This document shows, piece by piece, positions 38,095-47,445 of a stretch of 64,000 nucleotides of DNA. Positions within the stretch are counted from its first letter, which is position 1; each line of letters opens with the position of its first letter. The translations under genes were made by a program, and so were the position numbers. Below the pieces are notes generated by a model. The model was given only the letters and a program-made list of their open reading frames with translations. It searched no databases and was not told the DNA's origin. This DNA is from Myxococcota bacterium (lineage in GTDB: Bacteria > Myxococcota_A > UBA9160 > UBA6930), in assembly GCA_965223415.1 (NCBI GenBank), contig OZ245002.1:2240001-2304000 (forward strand), in the 5' to 3' direction.

Positions 38095-38519
38095 GGGCGG
38101 CCCTTCCCCTCGTCGTCCTGCTGCTCGCCGGCCTCGCGGGGGTCGCCTCGGCCGAATCGACCAACCCGCCGGCGATCGACTACATGCTCCAGTGTCAGGG
38201 CTGCCACCTGGCCGATGGCAGCGGCGCACCGGACCGGGGGGTTCCCGTGCTGAAAGGCTCGGTGGCGCGCTTCACGGCCGTGCCCGGGGGCCGCGAGTAC
38301 CTGGTGCGGGTGCCGGGCGCCTCGGGCTCGCCGCTCTCGGACGCGGAGCTCGCCGCGGTGCTCAACTGGATGGTCGTCTACTTCGGCCCGGCAGAGCAGG
38401 CCCGGGCCTTCGCGCCCTACACCGAGGAGGAGGTGGCCGCAGTGAGGCGGCCGCCCTACGCGAAGGTGGAGGAGCTGCGCCGGACGCTCCTGGAGCGCTT
38501 CGAGGCCGATCGCCGCTAG
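38091..38519 (+). CDS. Monoheme cytochrome c
   Basis: ATGA overlap with mauA, signal peptide, YMLQCQGCH and GREYLVRVPG. Confidence 0.88.
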   Translation: MRAALPLVVLLLAGLAGVASAESTNPPAIDYMLQCQGCHLADGSGAPDRGVPVLKGSVARFTAVPGGREYLVRVPGASGSPLSDAELAAVLNWMVVYFGPAEQARAFAPYTEEEVAAVRRPPYAKVEELRRTLLERFEADRR

Positions 38520-38528
38520 TCTCTCGCC

Positions 38529-39737
38529 ATGGCTACCTGGCTCCGTCAGCAGCTCGGTCGCCGGCCGGGCTGGATGAACCTCCTGATGTTGTTCTGCGCC
38601 TACATGGCGCTGGTCTACGTGCCCTGGGACCTGTTCGTGAAGCCCGCCGCCCTCGACGAGGAGGTGTGGTTCGGCGTGCGCTTCCACGGCGCCTGGGCCA
38701 AGGCGACGGCGGTTCCCCATTGGCTCGTGTACGCCGCCGGACTGGTCGGCTTCTGGGGGATGCGCTCCTGGATGTGGCCGTGGGCGGCGGTCTACGCGGC
38801 GCAGGTCGCCCTCTCGATGTTGATCTGGCCCATGCTCTACACGGAAGGCGCTTCCTCGGTGCTGGTCGGGGTCGTGGCGGGGGCGATCTTCCTGCTGCCG
38901 ACGCTCGGTCTGTGGAACGCCCGCGAGCTCTTCGAGGGCTCGCGTCCGTCGCTCCGCGAGCGCTACGGGGAATGGGCGCTCGTGACCGGCGCGTCCGCCG
39001 GGATCGGCGTGGAGTTCGCCCGCGCCCTCGCCCGGGACGGGGTCTCCTGCGTGCTCGCGGCCCGTCGCGAGGATCGCCTGAAGGAGCTGGGCGAGGAGCT
39101 GGCCCGGGATCACGGCGTCGCCGTTCGAACCGTCCCGGTGGATCTCGCCACGGCCACGGGCGTCGAGCTCCTGCTCTCCCAGGTGGCGGATCTCGAGATT
39201 GGCATCCTCGTGAACAACGCCGGCGTCGGCTACTCCGGGCGCTTCGACAAGCAGGAGCGCGACCGCCTCCAGCAGATGGTGCAGCTGAACTGCGCCGCGC
39301 CGGTCGCGCTCACGGCCGAGCTGCTGCCGGCCATGCGCGAGCGCGGCCGCGGCGCGGTCGTCTTCACCGGCTCCGTCGCCGGCTCCCAGCCGCTCCCCCT
39401 CCACGCCCTCTACAGCGCCACCAAGGTCTTCGACAACTTCCTCGCCGAAGGCCTGTGGGGCGAGCTCCAGGGAACCGGCGTCGACGTCCTCGCCCTCCAG
39501 CCGGGCTCGACCGAGACCGAGTTCATGGAGGTCGCCGGGGAGATCCCCCACGCCGGCGAGCCCGCGGACCGCGTCGTCGCGGTCGCGCTCGATGCCCTCG
39601 GCCGCCAGCCCTCGGTGATCTCCGGCTGGTTCAACTGGCTCCGGGCGAACGCCGCCTTCCGGCTGCTTCCCCGCAGCTGGCTGGCGCTGATCGCGAAGGG
39701 CGTGATGGAGAAACAGACGCCCGAAGAGATGCGATAG
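38529..39737 (+). CDS. SDR oxidoreductase fused to an N-terminal 4-TM domain
   Basis: About 130 hydrophobic N-terminal residues, then YGEWALVTGASAGIG, NNAG and YSATK. Confidence 0.85.
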   Translation: MATWLRQQLGRRPGWMNLLMLFCAYMALVYVPWDLFVKPAALDEEVWFGVRFHGAWAKATAVPHWLVYAAGLVGFWGMRSWMWPWAAVYAAQVALSMLIWPMLYTEGASSVLVGVVAGAIFLLPTLGLWNARELFEGSRPSLRERYGEWALVTGASAGIGVEFARALARDGVSCVLAARREDRLKELGEELARDHGVAVRTVPVDLATATGVELLLSQVADLEIGILVNNAGVGYSGRFDKQERDRLQQMVQLNCAAPVALTAELLPAMRERGRGAVVFTGSVAGSQPLPLHALYSATKVFDNFLAEGLWGELQGTGVDVLALQPGSTETEFMEVAGEIPHAGEPADRVVAVALDALGRQPSVISGWFNWLRANAAFRLLPRSWLALIAKGVMEKQTPEEMR

Positions 39738-39744
39738 GTCCGCC

Positions 39745-41292
39745 TTGGCCGAGCGCGCTCCCTCGCCCCTGCGGCCCGTCGTGGCCTTCTTCGCCGCCCT
39801 TACGCTGGTGTCGCTGCTGCTCTTCCTGGTGATCCTCGTCGCCGAGGGCGCCCTCGAGCTCGTCCTTCACCCCCTCGAGTGGCTGGCGCGCCTCGAGGCG
39901 AACGCCGCCCTCGACACCCTCTCCAACGCCGCCGAGGTGGTGGCCGGCGTGCTGGCCATCGCCATCACCGTGGTCGCGATCGTCATGGAGCTGGCCGCGA
40001 CCCGCTACACGCACCGCATCACCCAGCTCTTCATCCGCGAGCCGACCAACATCGCGGTGATGACCCTCTTCGTGATCACCACGATCCAGTGCCTCTGGAC
40101 CGGCGCCACCTTCGGCGGGCAGCTCTCCGGCGGCGACGAGTGGAGCTACGCCGGGCTCGTGATCTCCATGGGTCTCGTCACCCTGTGCCTGCTGGTGCTG
40201 CTCCCCTACTTCGCGTTCGTCTTCTTCTTCCTCTCGCCTCCGAACGTGATCACGCACCTGCGGGACGGCGCCCTGCGCTCCATCGAGAAGGCGAGCGATT
40301 CGCGGCTGCCCGTTCGGCGCGCCCAGGTGGTCGAGGCCGTCGACGAGCTGGAGGACGTGGCCCGCGGCGCGATGAGTCACGGGGATCGCGGCATCGGCAT
40401 GGCCGCCGTGGACGCCCTCGGCGGGCTGGTGCGACGCTATGCGACCCGCAAGGAGGGGCTCCCGGGCGCGTGGTTCGTCCCCGACGACGCGGTGAGCAAG
40501 GATCCGGACTTCGTCTCCCTCGCGACCTCGTCCCTCGACGAGATCCGCAACGAGCACAGCTGGCTCGAGTTCAAGGTGCTGCGTCAGCTTCACGGCCTCT
40601 ACGTCCGCGCCCTCGAGGAGGCGCGGGAGCTGTGCGACCGCATCGCCCTCGAGGTGTGCCGGGTCGGCGAGACGGCGCTGCACGGCGGCGACGCGGGCGC
40701 GATCGCCCAGGTGGTGCGCGCCTTCAACAGCCTGCTGCGGGCTGCGGTGAACGCCGGGGACCTGCGCTCCGCCTACTTCGTGCTCGACCAGTACCGGAGC
40801 TTCGCGGGCATCGCCCAGGAGCTGGGGCGCCACGAGACGGTCGTCGAGGTGGCGGACCATCTGGTCGAGTACGGGCGGCTGGGCCAGGACCGCGGCCAGG
40901 CTTTCCTGCTCGAGATCGCCGCCTACGACCTGGTGCAGCTGGTCCAGCAGGCGGCGGAGCGGGCGCCGGATCGGGTCGCGCCGTTGCTCGGCCGGCTCTT
41001 GGCGGTGGACGAGGTGGCCGGCCGCCAGGCCGGCAAGCTGCGCGGCGTGCGGCGGGCCCAGGCCCAGCTCGGCGTCTTCTTCCTCGCCCGGGGCGAAGGC
41101 CAGCACGCGGCGGCGATCCAGCGCGACATGGCCCGCGAATCGCCGGAGCTGCTGGCGGGCATCCAGCGGGAGCTCGCCCTGGAGACCCGGGACCAGTACT
41201 GGGAGTTCACCGATCGCGGCGTCAACTTCGGCTACCTGCGGCCCGAGGAGCGTGCCCAGCTCGACACCTTCTTCGCGGCCATCCCGGTCTAG
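39745..41292 (+). CDS. DUF2254-like membrane protein
   Basis: TTG start, 4 TM segments with VVAIVMELAATRYT.RI..LF, then a helical soluble region. Confidence 0.65.
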   Translation: MAERAPSPLRPVVAFFAALTLVSLLLFLVILVAEGALELVLHPLEWLARLEANAALDTLSNAAEVVAGVLAIAITVVAIVMELAATRYTHRITQLFIREPTNIAVMTLFVITTIQCLWTGATFGGQLSGGDEWSYAGLVISMGLVTLCLLVLLPYFAFVFFFLSPPNVITHLRDGALRSIEKASDSRLPVRRAQVVEAVDELEDVARGAMSHGDRGIGMAAVDALGGLVRRYATRKEGLPGAWFVPDDAVSKDPDFVSLATSSLDEIRNEHSWLEFKVLRQLHGLYVRALEEARELCDRIALEVCRVGETALHGGDAGAIAQVVRAFNSLLRAAVNAGDLRSAYFVLDQYRSFAGIAQELGRHETVVEVADHLVEYGRLGQDRGQAFLLEIAAYDLVQLVQQAAERAPDRVAPLLGRLLAVDEVAGRQAGKLRGVRRAQAQLGVFFLARGEGQHAAAIQRDMARESPELLAGIQRELALETRDQYWEFTDRGVNFGYLRPEERAQLDTFFAAIPV

Positions 41293-41332
41293 GGTCGAGT
41301 CTTAACTACCTGTTTTTGTTTCGGTTTTCGGG

Positions 41333-41361
41333 TGGACAACCGAAATGAAACGTGTTCTAAT
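41333..41361 (+). promoter_or_regulatory. sigma70-like promoter with KstR operator TGAAACGTGTTCTA (41346-41359), autoregulatory
   Basis: TGGACA-17 bp-TCTAAT. The TnnAACnnGTTnnA palindrome lies directly upstream of the kstR-like gene. Confidence 0.85.
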
Positions 41362-41368
41362 TCAGGCC

Positions 41369-42007
41369 GTGAGCCAGCCCCTCGAAGCGCCTGCGGCCAC
41401 CGGTCTGGCGGCCAGCCAGCTCCGCCGCATCCGCCGCATCGTCGACGCCGCCATCGAGCTGGCAGAGCAGGGCGGCTTCGACGGCGTGCGGCTGCGGGAC
41501 GTGGCCGAGAGCTCCGGCGTCGCCCTTGGCACCCTCTACAAGTACTTCCCGAGCAAGGAGGCGATCCTTCTCTACGCCGTCAACGAGGGCAACGAGGGGC
41601 TCGAGCGCCTGATGGTGGAGGAGCCGCCGCGGGGCGAAACCGCCGCGGAACGGGTCGCCGACTTCTTCGCGCGCGCCACGGGCACCTTCACGCGCCGGCC
41701 GAACTTCGCGCGGGCCGTCCTGCGCGCCATCGCCGCCTCGGACCAGGCGACCGCCGCCCAGCAGGCGGGCTTTCATCTTCGCATCGGACGGATGATCATC
41801 TCCGCGCTGCGCGGCGAGGCGCCTGACGTCTCGCGGCCGCTCAGCGAGACCATCGGCAGCGAGCGCGAGCAATCCATCGCCCTGATGCTGAACCACGTCT
41901 GGTTCGCGGCGCTGCTCGGCTGGTCGAGCGGGCTGCACAGCGCCGAGGCGGTCGCCGACCGCATGACCCAGGCCATCGATTTGATGCTCGGAGGAACCGC
42001 CCCATGA
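41369..42007 (+). CDS. kstR: TetR-family repressor, KstR-like
   Basis: Q..R.RRIVDAAI.LA.QGGFDGV.LRDVA..SGVALGTLYKYFPSK and C-terminal HVW.AALLGW. Start is GTG 41369, because ATG 41345 overlaps the operator. Confidence 0.82.
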   Translation: MSQPLEAPAATGLAASQLRRIRRIVDAAIELAEQGGFDGVRLRDVAESSGVALGTLYKYFPSKEAILLYAVNEGNEGLERLMVEEPPRGETAAERVADFFARATGTFTRRPNFARAVLRAIAASDQATAAQQAGFHLRIGRMIISALRGEAPDVSRPLSETIGSEREQSIALMLNHVWFAALLGWSSGLHSAEAVADRMTQAIDLMLGGTAP

Positions 42008-42468
42008 GTCAAGTGACCGAAGGCGCGCTCACTGCGCCCCACACGCTCCAGTACACGTACAAGCGTTCGCTGGGGCCGGTGCTCAGCCGCTTCTTCACCG
42101 GCATCCGGGATCGCAAGATCCTCGGCGCCAAGCGCGCCGATGGCACGGTGCTCGTCCCGCCCCGGGAGTACGACCCGGACACCGCGGCCGCCATCGACGA
42201 GCTGGTGGAGGTGGGCCAGAGCGGCGTGGTGAAGAGCTGGGCCTGGGTGTCCGAGCCGCGCAAGCAACAGCCCCTGGATCGTCCCTTCGCCTACGCGCTG
42301 ATCCAGCTCGAAGGTGCCGACACGGCCTTCCTGCACGTGGTCGACGCGGGCCGCGAGGACGCCATGCAGACTGGCATGCGCGTCGCGGCGAAGTGGGCCG
42401 ACGAGGCCACGGGTGCGATCACCGATCTCACTTTCGTTCCCGAGGGTGGGAAGAGGGAGGGTGCGTGA
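42004..42468 (+). CDS. DUF35 OB-fold protein (N-half of Rv3521-like)
   Basis: YTYKRSLGPVLSRFFTG.RDR.ILG...DG.V.VPP.EYDP and QPLDRPFA.ALI.L.GADT. Confidence 0.85.
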   Translation: MSQVTEGALTAPHTLQYTYKRSLGPVLSRFFTGIRDRKILGAKRADGTVLVPPREYDPDTAAAIDELVEVGQSGVVKSWAWVSEPRKQQPLDRPFAYALIQLEGADTAFLHVVDAGREDAMQTGMRVAAKWADEATGAITDLTFVPEGGKREGA

Positions 42469-42974
42469 TGAGCGAAGCCACGAACGAGCGGGTCGAGCTG
42501 CTGCGCTGTCCCGTCGAGCTCGAGTACAACTACACCGCCGGGCGATCCGCCTCGCGCTTCCTGCGCGCCTTCGAGGAGGGCAAGCTGCTCGGCCAGCGCT
42601 GCCCCGTGGACGGCCGGGTCTACTTCCCGACCCGTGGTGCCTGTCCCCAGCACGGCGTGCCCATGGCCGACGGCGACGCGGTCGAGCTGCCGGACAAGGG
42701 CACCCTCGTCACCTACGCGATCGTGCGGGTGCCGTCGGAGAACATCCCCCTCGAGCTGCCCTACGTGGCCGTGCAGGTGCTGCTCGACGGGGCCGACACG
42801 GTGATGATGCACGTGCTCGGCGAGTGCGATCTCGAGAACGTCCACATGGGCATGCGCGTCGAGGCCAAGTGGAAGCCCAAGGAGGAGTGGGAGACCTCGG
42901 TGGGCAACATCCTCTACTTCGTTCCCTTGGACGAGCCGGACGCTCCCTACGACAGCTACAAGGAGCACATCTGA
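42468..42974 (+). CDS. DUF35 Zn-ribbon/OB-fold protein (C-half of Rv3521-like)
   Basis: TGATG overlap. Motifs GQRCP...RVYFP.RGACP, LPDKGT, GMRVEAKWKP.EEW and EPDA.YDSYKEH. Confidence 0.85.
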   Translation: MSEATNERVELLRCPVELEYNYTAGRSASRFLRAFEEGKLLGQRCPVDGRVYFPTRGACPQHGVPMADGDAVELPDKGTLVTYAIVRVPSENIPLELPYVAVQVLLDGADTVMMHVLGECDLENVHMGMRVEAKWKPKEEWETSVGNILYFVPLDEPDAPYDSYKEHI

Positions 42975-44026
42975 TGAGAGACGTCGCCGTCGTCGCCTTC
43001 AGCCAGTCGCCCTCGATGCGCCGCGAGCCGAACCGCAACGAGGTCGAGATCCTGATCCCTGTGATCCAGGAGCTGCGCGAGAACGCCGGGATCACCAACG
43101 AGGACGTGGACTTCGTCTGCTCCGGCTCCAGCGACTACCTGGCCGGGCAGAGCTTCGCCTTCGTCGCCGGGCTCGACGCGGTGGGCGCCTGGCCGCCGGT
43201 GTGCGAGAGCCACGTCGAGATGGACGGTGCCTGGGCGCTCTACGAGGCCTGGGTGAAGATCCAGATGGGCTACGCGGACGTGGCCCTGGTCTACGGCTTC
43301 GGGAAGCCCTCGATGGGGGACCTGCCGCTCACCATGGCGCTGCAGCTCGATCCCTACTCGGTGATGCCGCTCTGGCCCGACGCGGTGAGCATCGCAGCGC
43401 TGCAGGCCCGACTGCTGCTGGATGGCGGGGTGGTCTCCGAGCGGGACATGGCCGAGGCCGCTGTTCGCGACCGGGCGAACGCCAAGGACAACCCGGCGGC
43501 CCAGGTGAAGGGCGACTTCAGCGCGGACCAGATCCTGGCGGAGCCGTATCTCGTCTCGCCGCTGCGCAAGCACGACTGCTCGCCCATCTCGGACGGCGCG
43601 GCGGCCGTGATCCTCGCCGCCGGCGACAAGGCAAAGGAGATCTGCAAGCGGCCGGCCTGGATCCGCGGCATCGAGCACATCTGCGAGCCGCAGGATCTCG
43701 GCGTACGCGACCTGCTGCGCTCGCGCTCGACGGAGATCGCCGCCGAGAAGGCGGGCGTCAGTGTCGGGAAGGTCGACGTGGCCGAGCTCTCGGCGCCCTT
43801 CAGCCACCAGGAGCTCCTGGTCGAGCGAGCGCTCGGGCTGGCTGGCGACACGAAGGTGAACCCGTCCGGCGGCGCCATGGCGGGCAACCCGCTCATGGCC
43901 GTCGGCCTCGCCCGGGTCGGCGAGGCGGCGCGCCGCGTCTGGGACGGAAGTGCGGACCGGGCGGTAGCTCACGCCACCTCGGGCCCGTGCCTGCAGCAGA
44001 ACCTCGTCTGCGTGCTGGAGGGCTGA
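42974..44026 (+). CDS. ltp4: Ltp4-like thiolase-superfamily protein
   Basis: MRDVAVVAF, CSGSSDYLAG..F.FV, ESHVEMDGAWALYEAWVK and AHATSGPCLQQNLV. Confidence 0.87.
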   Translation: MRDVAVVAFSQSPSMRREPNRNEVEILIPVIQELRENAGITNEDVDFVCSGSSDYLAGQSFAFVAGLDAVGAWPPVCESHVEMDGAWALYEAWVKIQMGYADVALVYGFGKPSMGDLPLTMALQLDPYSVMPLWPDAVSIAALQARLLLDGGVVSERDMAEAAVRDRANAKDNPAAQVKGDFSADQILAEPYLVSPLRKHDCSPISDGAAAVILAAGDKAKEICKRPAWIRGIEHICEPQDLGVRDLLRSRSTEIAAEKAGVSVGKVDVAELSAPFSHQELLVERALGLAGDTKVNPSGGAMAGNPLMAVGLARVGEAARRVWDGSADRAVAHATSGPCLQQNLVCVLEG

Positions 44027-44029
44027 GTC

Positions 44030-45187
44030 ATGGCAGAGCTCTGCGGAGTCATCGGAATCGGACAGACCCACTACGCCGCCAAGCGGCCCGAGCTCTCCAT
44101 GCCGGGCCTGCTGCGCGAGGCGGCCGAGCGGGCCCTCGAGGACGCGGACTGCACCTGGGCGGACATCGACGCGGTGGTGATCGGCAAGGCCCCCGACATG
44201 TTCGAGGGCGTGATGATGCCGGAGCTGTTCCTGAACGACGCCGTCGGCGGCGCCTACAAGCCGATGCTGCGCGTGCACACCGCGGGCAGCGTGGGTGGCT
44301 CGACCGGCATCGTGGCGGCCAGCCTGGTGCAATCGGGTATCCACGATCGCGTGCTCACCGTCGCCTACGAGAAGCAGAGCGAGTCGAACGCCACCTGGGC
44401 GCTCTCGATCGCGCTGCCCTTCTCGGTGGCCACGGTGGCCGGCGCCGGCGGCTACTTCGCGCCGCTGGTGCGCGGCTACATCCGCCGCTCCGGCGCGCCG
44501 GAGGACACGGGCATCCGCGTGGCGGTGAAGGACCGGCAGAACGCGCTCAAGAACCCGCTGGCGCACCTCCACCTCGAGGACATCAGCTTCGAGATGGTGG
44601 CCAACTCGCCGATGCTGTGGGATCCGATCCGCTACCTCGAGACGTGTCCGTCATCGGACGGGGCCTGCGCCATGGTGATGGCGAAGGAGAGCATCGCCCA
44701 GCAGAGCGCCAAGCCGGTGGCCTGGGTCCACGCCACCGAGATGCGCAGCGAGCCCACCATGTTCTCGGGCCGCGACCAGGTGATGCCCCAGGCGACCCTC
44801 GACAACGCCAAGTCTCTCTACAAGAAGGCCGGCATCCAGAACCCGCGGGAGGAGATCGACTGCGCCGAGATCTACGTCCCCTTCAGCTGGTTCGAGCCGA
44901 TGTGGATGGAGGGCATGCTCTTCGCCCCGACCAACGAGGGCTGGAAGATGACCTACGAGGGCGCCACGGCCCTGGACGGCGACCTGCCGGTGAACATGTC
45001 CGGCGGGGTGCTCTCGTCGAACCCGATCGGCGCCTCCGGCCTGATCCGCTTCGCCGAGGCAGCCCTCCAGGTACGCGGCATGGCCGGCGAGCACCAGGTC
45101 GACGGCGCCCGGAAGGCCCTCGGCCACGCCTACGGCGGCGGCTCTCAGTACTTCTCCACCTGGATCGTCGGCAGCCAGAAGCCCTAG
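44030..45187 (+). CDS. ltp3: Ltp3-like thiolase-superfamily aldolase
   Basis: GKAPDMFEGVMMPELFL, RVHTAGSVGGST, ETCPSSDGAC, AEIYVPFSWFEPMW and GHAYGGGSQYF. Confidence 0.9.
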   Translation: MAELCGVIGIGQTHYAAKRPELSMPGLLREAAERALEDADCTWADIDAVVIGKAPDMFEGVMMPELFLNDAVGGAYKPMLRVHTAGSVGGSTGIVAASLVQSGIHDRVLTVAYEKQSESNATWALSIALPFSVATVAGAGGYFAPLVRGYIRRSGAPEDTGIRVAVKDRQNALKNPLAHLHLEDISFEMVANSPMLWDPIRYLETCPSSDGACAMVMAKESIAQQSAKPVAWVHATEMRSEPTMFSGRDQVMPQATLDNAKSLYKKAGIQNPREEIDCAEIYVPFSWFEPMWMEGMLFAPTNEGWKMTYEGATALDGDLPVNMSGGVLSSNPIGASGLIRFAEAALQVRGMAGEHQVDGARKALGHAYGGGSQYFSTWIVGSQKP

Positions 45188-45194
45188 GGAGTCG

Positions 45195-46325
45195 ATGGAC
45201 TTCGCGTTCTCGGAAGAGCAGGATGAGTTCCGCGAGATGCTGCGCCGCTTCTTCGAGGAGAAGGCGCCCAGCATCGAGGTGCGCCGGATGGCGGAGCGCC
45301 CGGAGGGCTTCGACCGGGCGCTGTGGGCGCAGATGGCCGAGGAGCTCGGGCTGCAGGGCGTGCACGTGCCCGAGGCCTACGGGGGGCAGGGCTTCGGCTT
45401 CCTGGAGCTCGGGATCGTGCTGGAGGAGATGGGCCGGGTGCTGCTGCCCGGGCCGTTCTTCGCCAGCAGCGTGCTCGCGACCGGCGCCATCCTGAACGCC
45501 GGTGCCGAGGAGCAGCGGGCGGCCCTGCTGCCCGCCCTGGCCGGCGGCGAGCGCATCGCGACCCTGGCGACCGAGGAGACGAAGAGCGCCTGGGACCCGG
45601 ACGCCATCCGCATGGAGGCCGCACCCGACGGCGACGGCTTCCGGCTCTCCGGCGCGAAGGAGCTGGTCCTCGCCGGCGACGTGGCGGACACGCTGATCGT
45701 CGCCGCCCGCCTGCCCGGCACGAGCGGCAGCGACGGCCTCACCCTGTTCGTCGTCGGCGGCGCCGACCCGGGCCTCAAGCGGACGCCCGAGGCCCCTCTC
45801 GACGCGACGCGCCGCCTCGCTCGCATCGAGCTCGACGGCGCGCGGGGCGAAGCCCTCGGCGTCCCCGGCGAGGCGGCCATGCCTCTCGCCCGCACCCTCG
45901 CCCAGGGCGCCATCGCCCTCGCCGCCGAGATGGTCGGCGGTGCCGCCCAGTGCCTCGACGCGGCCGTCGAGTACGCGAAGGTCCGCGTCCAGTTCGGCCG
46001 GCCTATCGGCACCTTCCAGGCCGTCAAGCACAAGGCCGCCGAGGTGCTCCTCGATCTCGAGTTGGCCCGCTCGGCCGCCTACTGGGCCTGGTGGGTTGCC
46101 GACGAGGACAAGGACGAGCTCTTCCAGGCCGCCTCCCTCGCCAAGGCCACCTGCGCCGACGCCTTCCACCACGCGGCCCGCGAGAACATCCAGATCCACG
46201 GCGGCATCGGCTTCACCTGGGAGCACGACGCGCACCTCTACTACAAGCGCGCGACCGCCAGCGACGCGCTGCTCGGCGACGCGGGGGAGCACCGACTGCG
46301 GTTGGCGGGGCTGCTGGGGGCCTAG
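45195..46325 (+). CDS. Acyl-CoA dehydrogenase (heteromeric ACAD partner type)
   Basis: MDFAFSEEQ, RVQFGRPIGTFQAVKH and QIHGGIGFTWEHDAHLYYKRA. Confidence 0.9.
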   Translation: MDFAFSEEQDEFREMLRRFFEEKAPSIEVRRMAERPEGFDRALWAQMAEELGLQGVHVPEAYGGQGFGFLELGIVLEEMGRVLLPGPFFASSVLATGAILNAGAEEQRAALLPALAGGERIATLATEETKSAWDPDAIRMEAAPDGDGFRLSGAKELVLAGDVADTLIVAARLPGTSGSDGLTLFVVGGADPGLKRTPEAPLDATRRLARIELDGARGEALGVPGEAAMPLARTLAQGAIALAAEMVGGAAQCLDAAVEYAKVRVQFGRPIGTFQAVKHKAAEVLLDLELARSAAYWAWWVADEDKDELFQAASLAKATCADAFHHAARENIQIHGGIGFTWEHDAHLYYKRATASDALLGDAGEHRLRLAGLLGA

Positions 46326-46334
46326 CGCGCGCCC

Positions 46335-46994
46335 TCAGCTCGCGAGTCGCGTCGTCACGTACTCCGCCAGCGCCCGGCGCGTCGTCTCCGGAATCGCCTC
46401 GTCGAACACGAGGCCCGTCCGATCCCCCGCGGTGTAGCTCGGCTGTGCCGGGATCTGGACCAGCCCCTGGTCGGCCAGCGGGAAGCACAGCTCGACGGGG
46501 GCATCCTCCTGCAGCGGGGACGTGCTCTGGAGCAGGCAGCCCTTCTCGGAGATCGAGCGGATGGCACCGGCCCAGCTCTCCGCGCCGTGGGTGGCGCGAG
46601 CCGGCAGCGCGTCCGCCACGCGCGGCACGCTCCGCGGGCGCGGCTCGAAGGCGGCCTGGAGCAGCTCGTAGACCGCAGCCAAGCGCGCACGCCGACGCAC
46701 CACGCCGATCACGAGGCTCTCGAGCCCGCTCCCCCGCAGTGCTGCGTCGCCCCGGGCCCCGGTCAGCAGGATCACCGGCAGGTCGTCGCGGTTGCTCAGC
46801 AGCTCCTCGGTCCGCCGGTCGTCCACGATGCGCAGGCGCGGCGCCAGCGGCCCGTTCTCGCCGTCCTGGCGGACGGCCGTCTTCAGGGAGACGAGGTTGT
46901 ATCCCAGCCGCGTCAGCGCCGTCAGCACTCCGGGCGCGAAGGCGCGGTCCGGCGCATGGACCGCCACGCTGGTGCGGGGTCGCGATTCGCCCAT
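46335..46994 (-). CDS. PilZ-domain protein with degenerate N-terminal receiver-like region
   Basis: RSVPR (RxxxR) and SISEKG (D/NxSxxG-like) motifs, with GLVF near the C-terminus. Confidence 0.7.
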   Translation of the reverse strand: MGESRPRTSVAVHAPDRAFAPGVLTALTRLGYNLVSLKTAVRQDGENGPLAPRLRIVDDRRTEELLSNRDDLPVILLTGARGDAALRGSGLESLVIGVVRRRARLAAVYELLQAAFEPRPRSVPRVADALPARATHGAESWAGAIRSISEKGCLLQSTSPLQEDAPVELCFPLADQGLVQIPAQPSYTAGDRTGLVFDEAIPETTRRALAEYVTTRLAS

Positions 46995-47184
46995 GGCGGA
47001 CGTATCGGATGTCGCCTCTTGCGGTTGAGCGGGCTCGACCACGACACCGGACCGAAGCGCAGAGCGGAGCGGGAACAGACAATTCTGGGGTGAGAGCACC
47101 ACATGGGCGGCTTGGGACTCGCCCTGTTCTCGGCTCCCAGCGGGATGCAGCTCCGGTTTCCTTCGGTTTGATCCAGGCCATCCG

Positions 47185-47445
47185 CGCCGGGACGATCCGT
47201 TCCCAGCACGTCCCGACCCATCGAAGACGCCGGTCCCCCGCCGTACCTGCCTCGGGCCAGATCCGTTGAACGGCGGGCGGAACACGCCAGGCCACGAGAA
47301 CCCGCCCGGGGCGGGCGACCTCGCCAGAACGTCCCCGGCAGCCAAGGGAAGGACCCGAGCCGGGTTGCCGGCCTTCGGCGCCGCAATCAATCTCGAACTC
47401 GCCCCGGCGGGCCGCAAGGGCCTGAAGGGACGGGATTCCTCACGC
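47185..47445 (+). ncRNA. Candidate structured ncRNA, family not recognised
   Basis: Nested stems 47237-44/47270-77, 47301-06/47310-15, 47330-35/47427-32 and 47336-43/47363-70, with possible loop-loop pairing 47251-56/47354-59. Boundaries approximate. Confidence 0.5.

Noticed and set aside
47230..47445. Assignment of the structured region to 6S RNA, RNase P, a cobalamin riboswitch or an IS605/HEARO end
   Set aside because: Only short coincidental matches (AAGGGAA, CCTGAAGGGACGGGATTCC). The overall consensus and associated genes are missing, so it was left unassigned.
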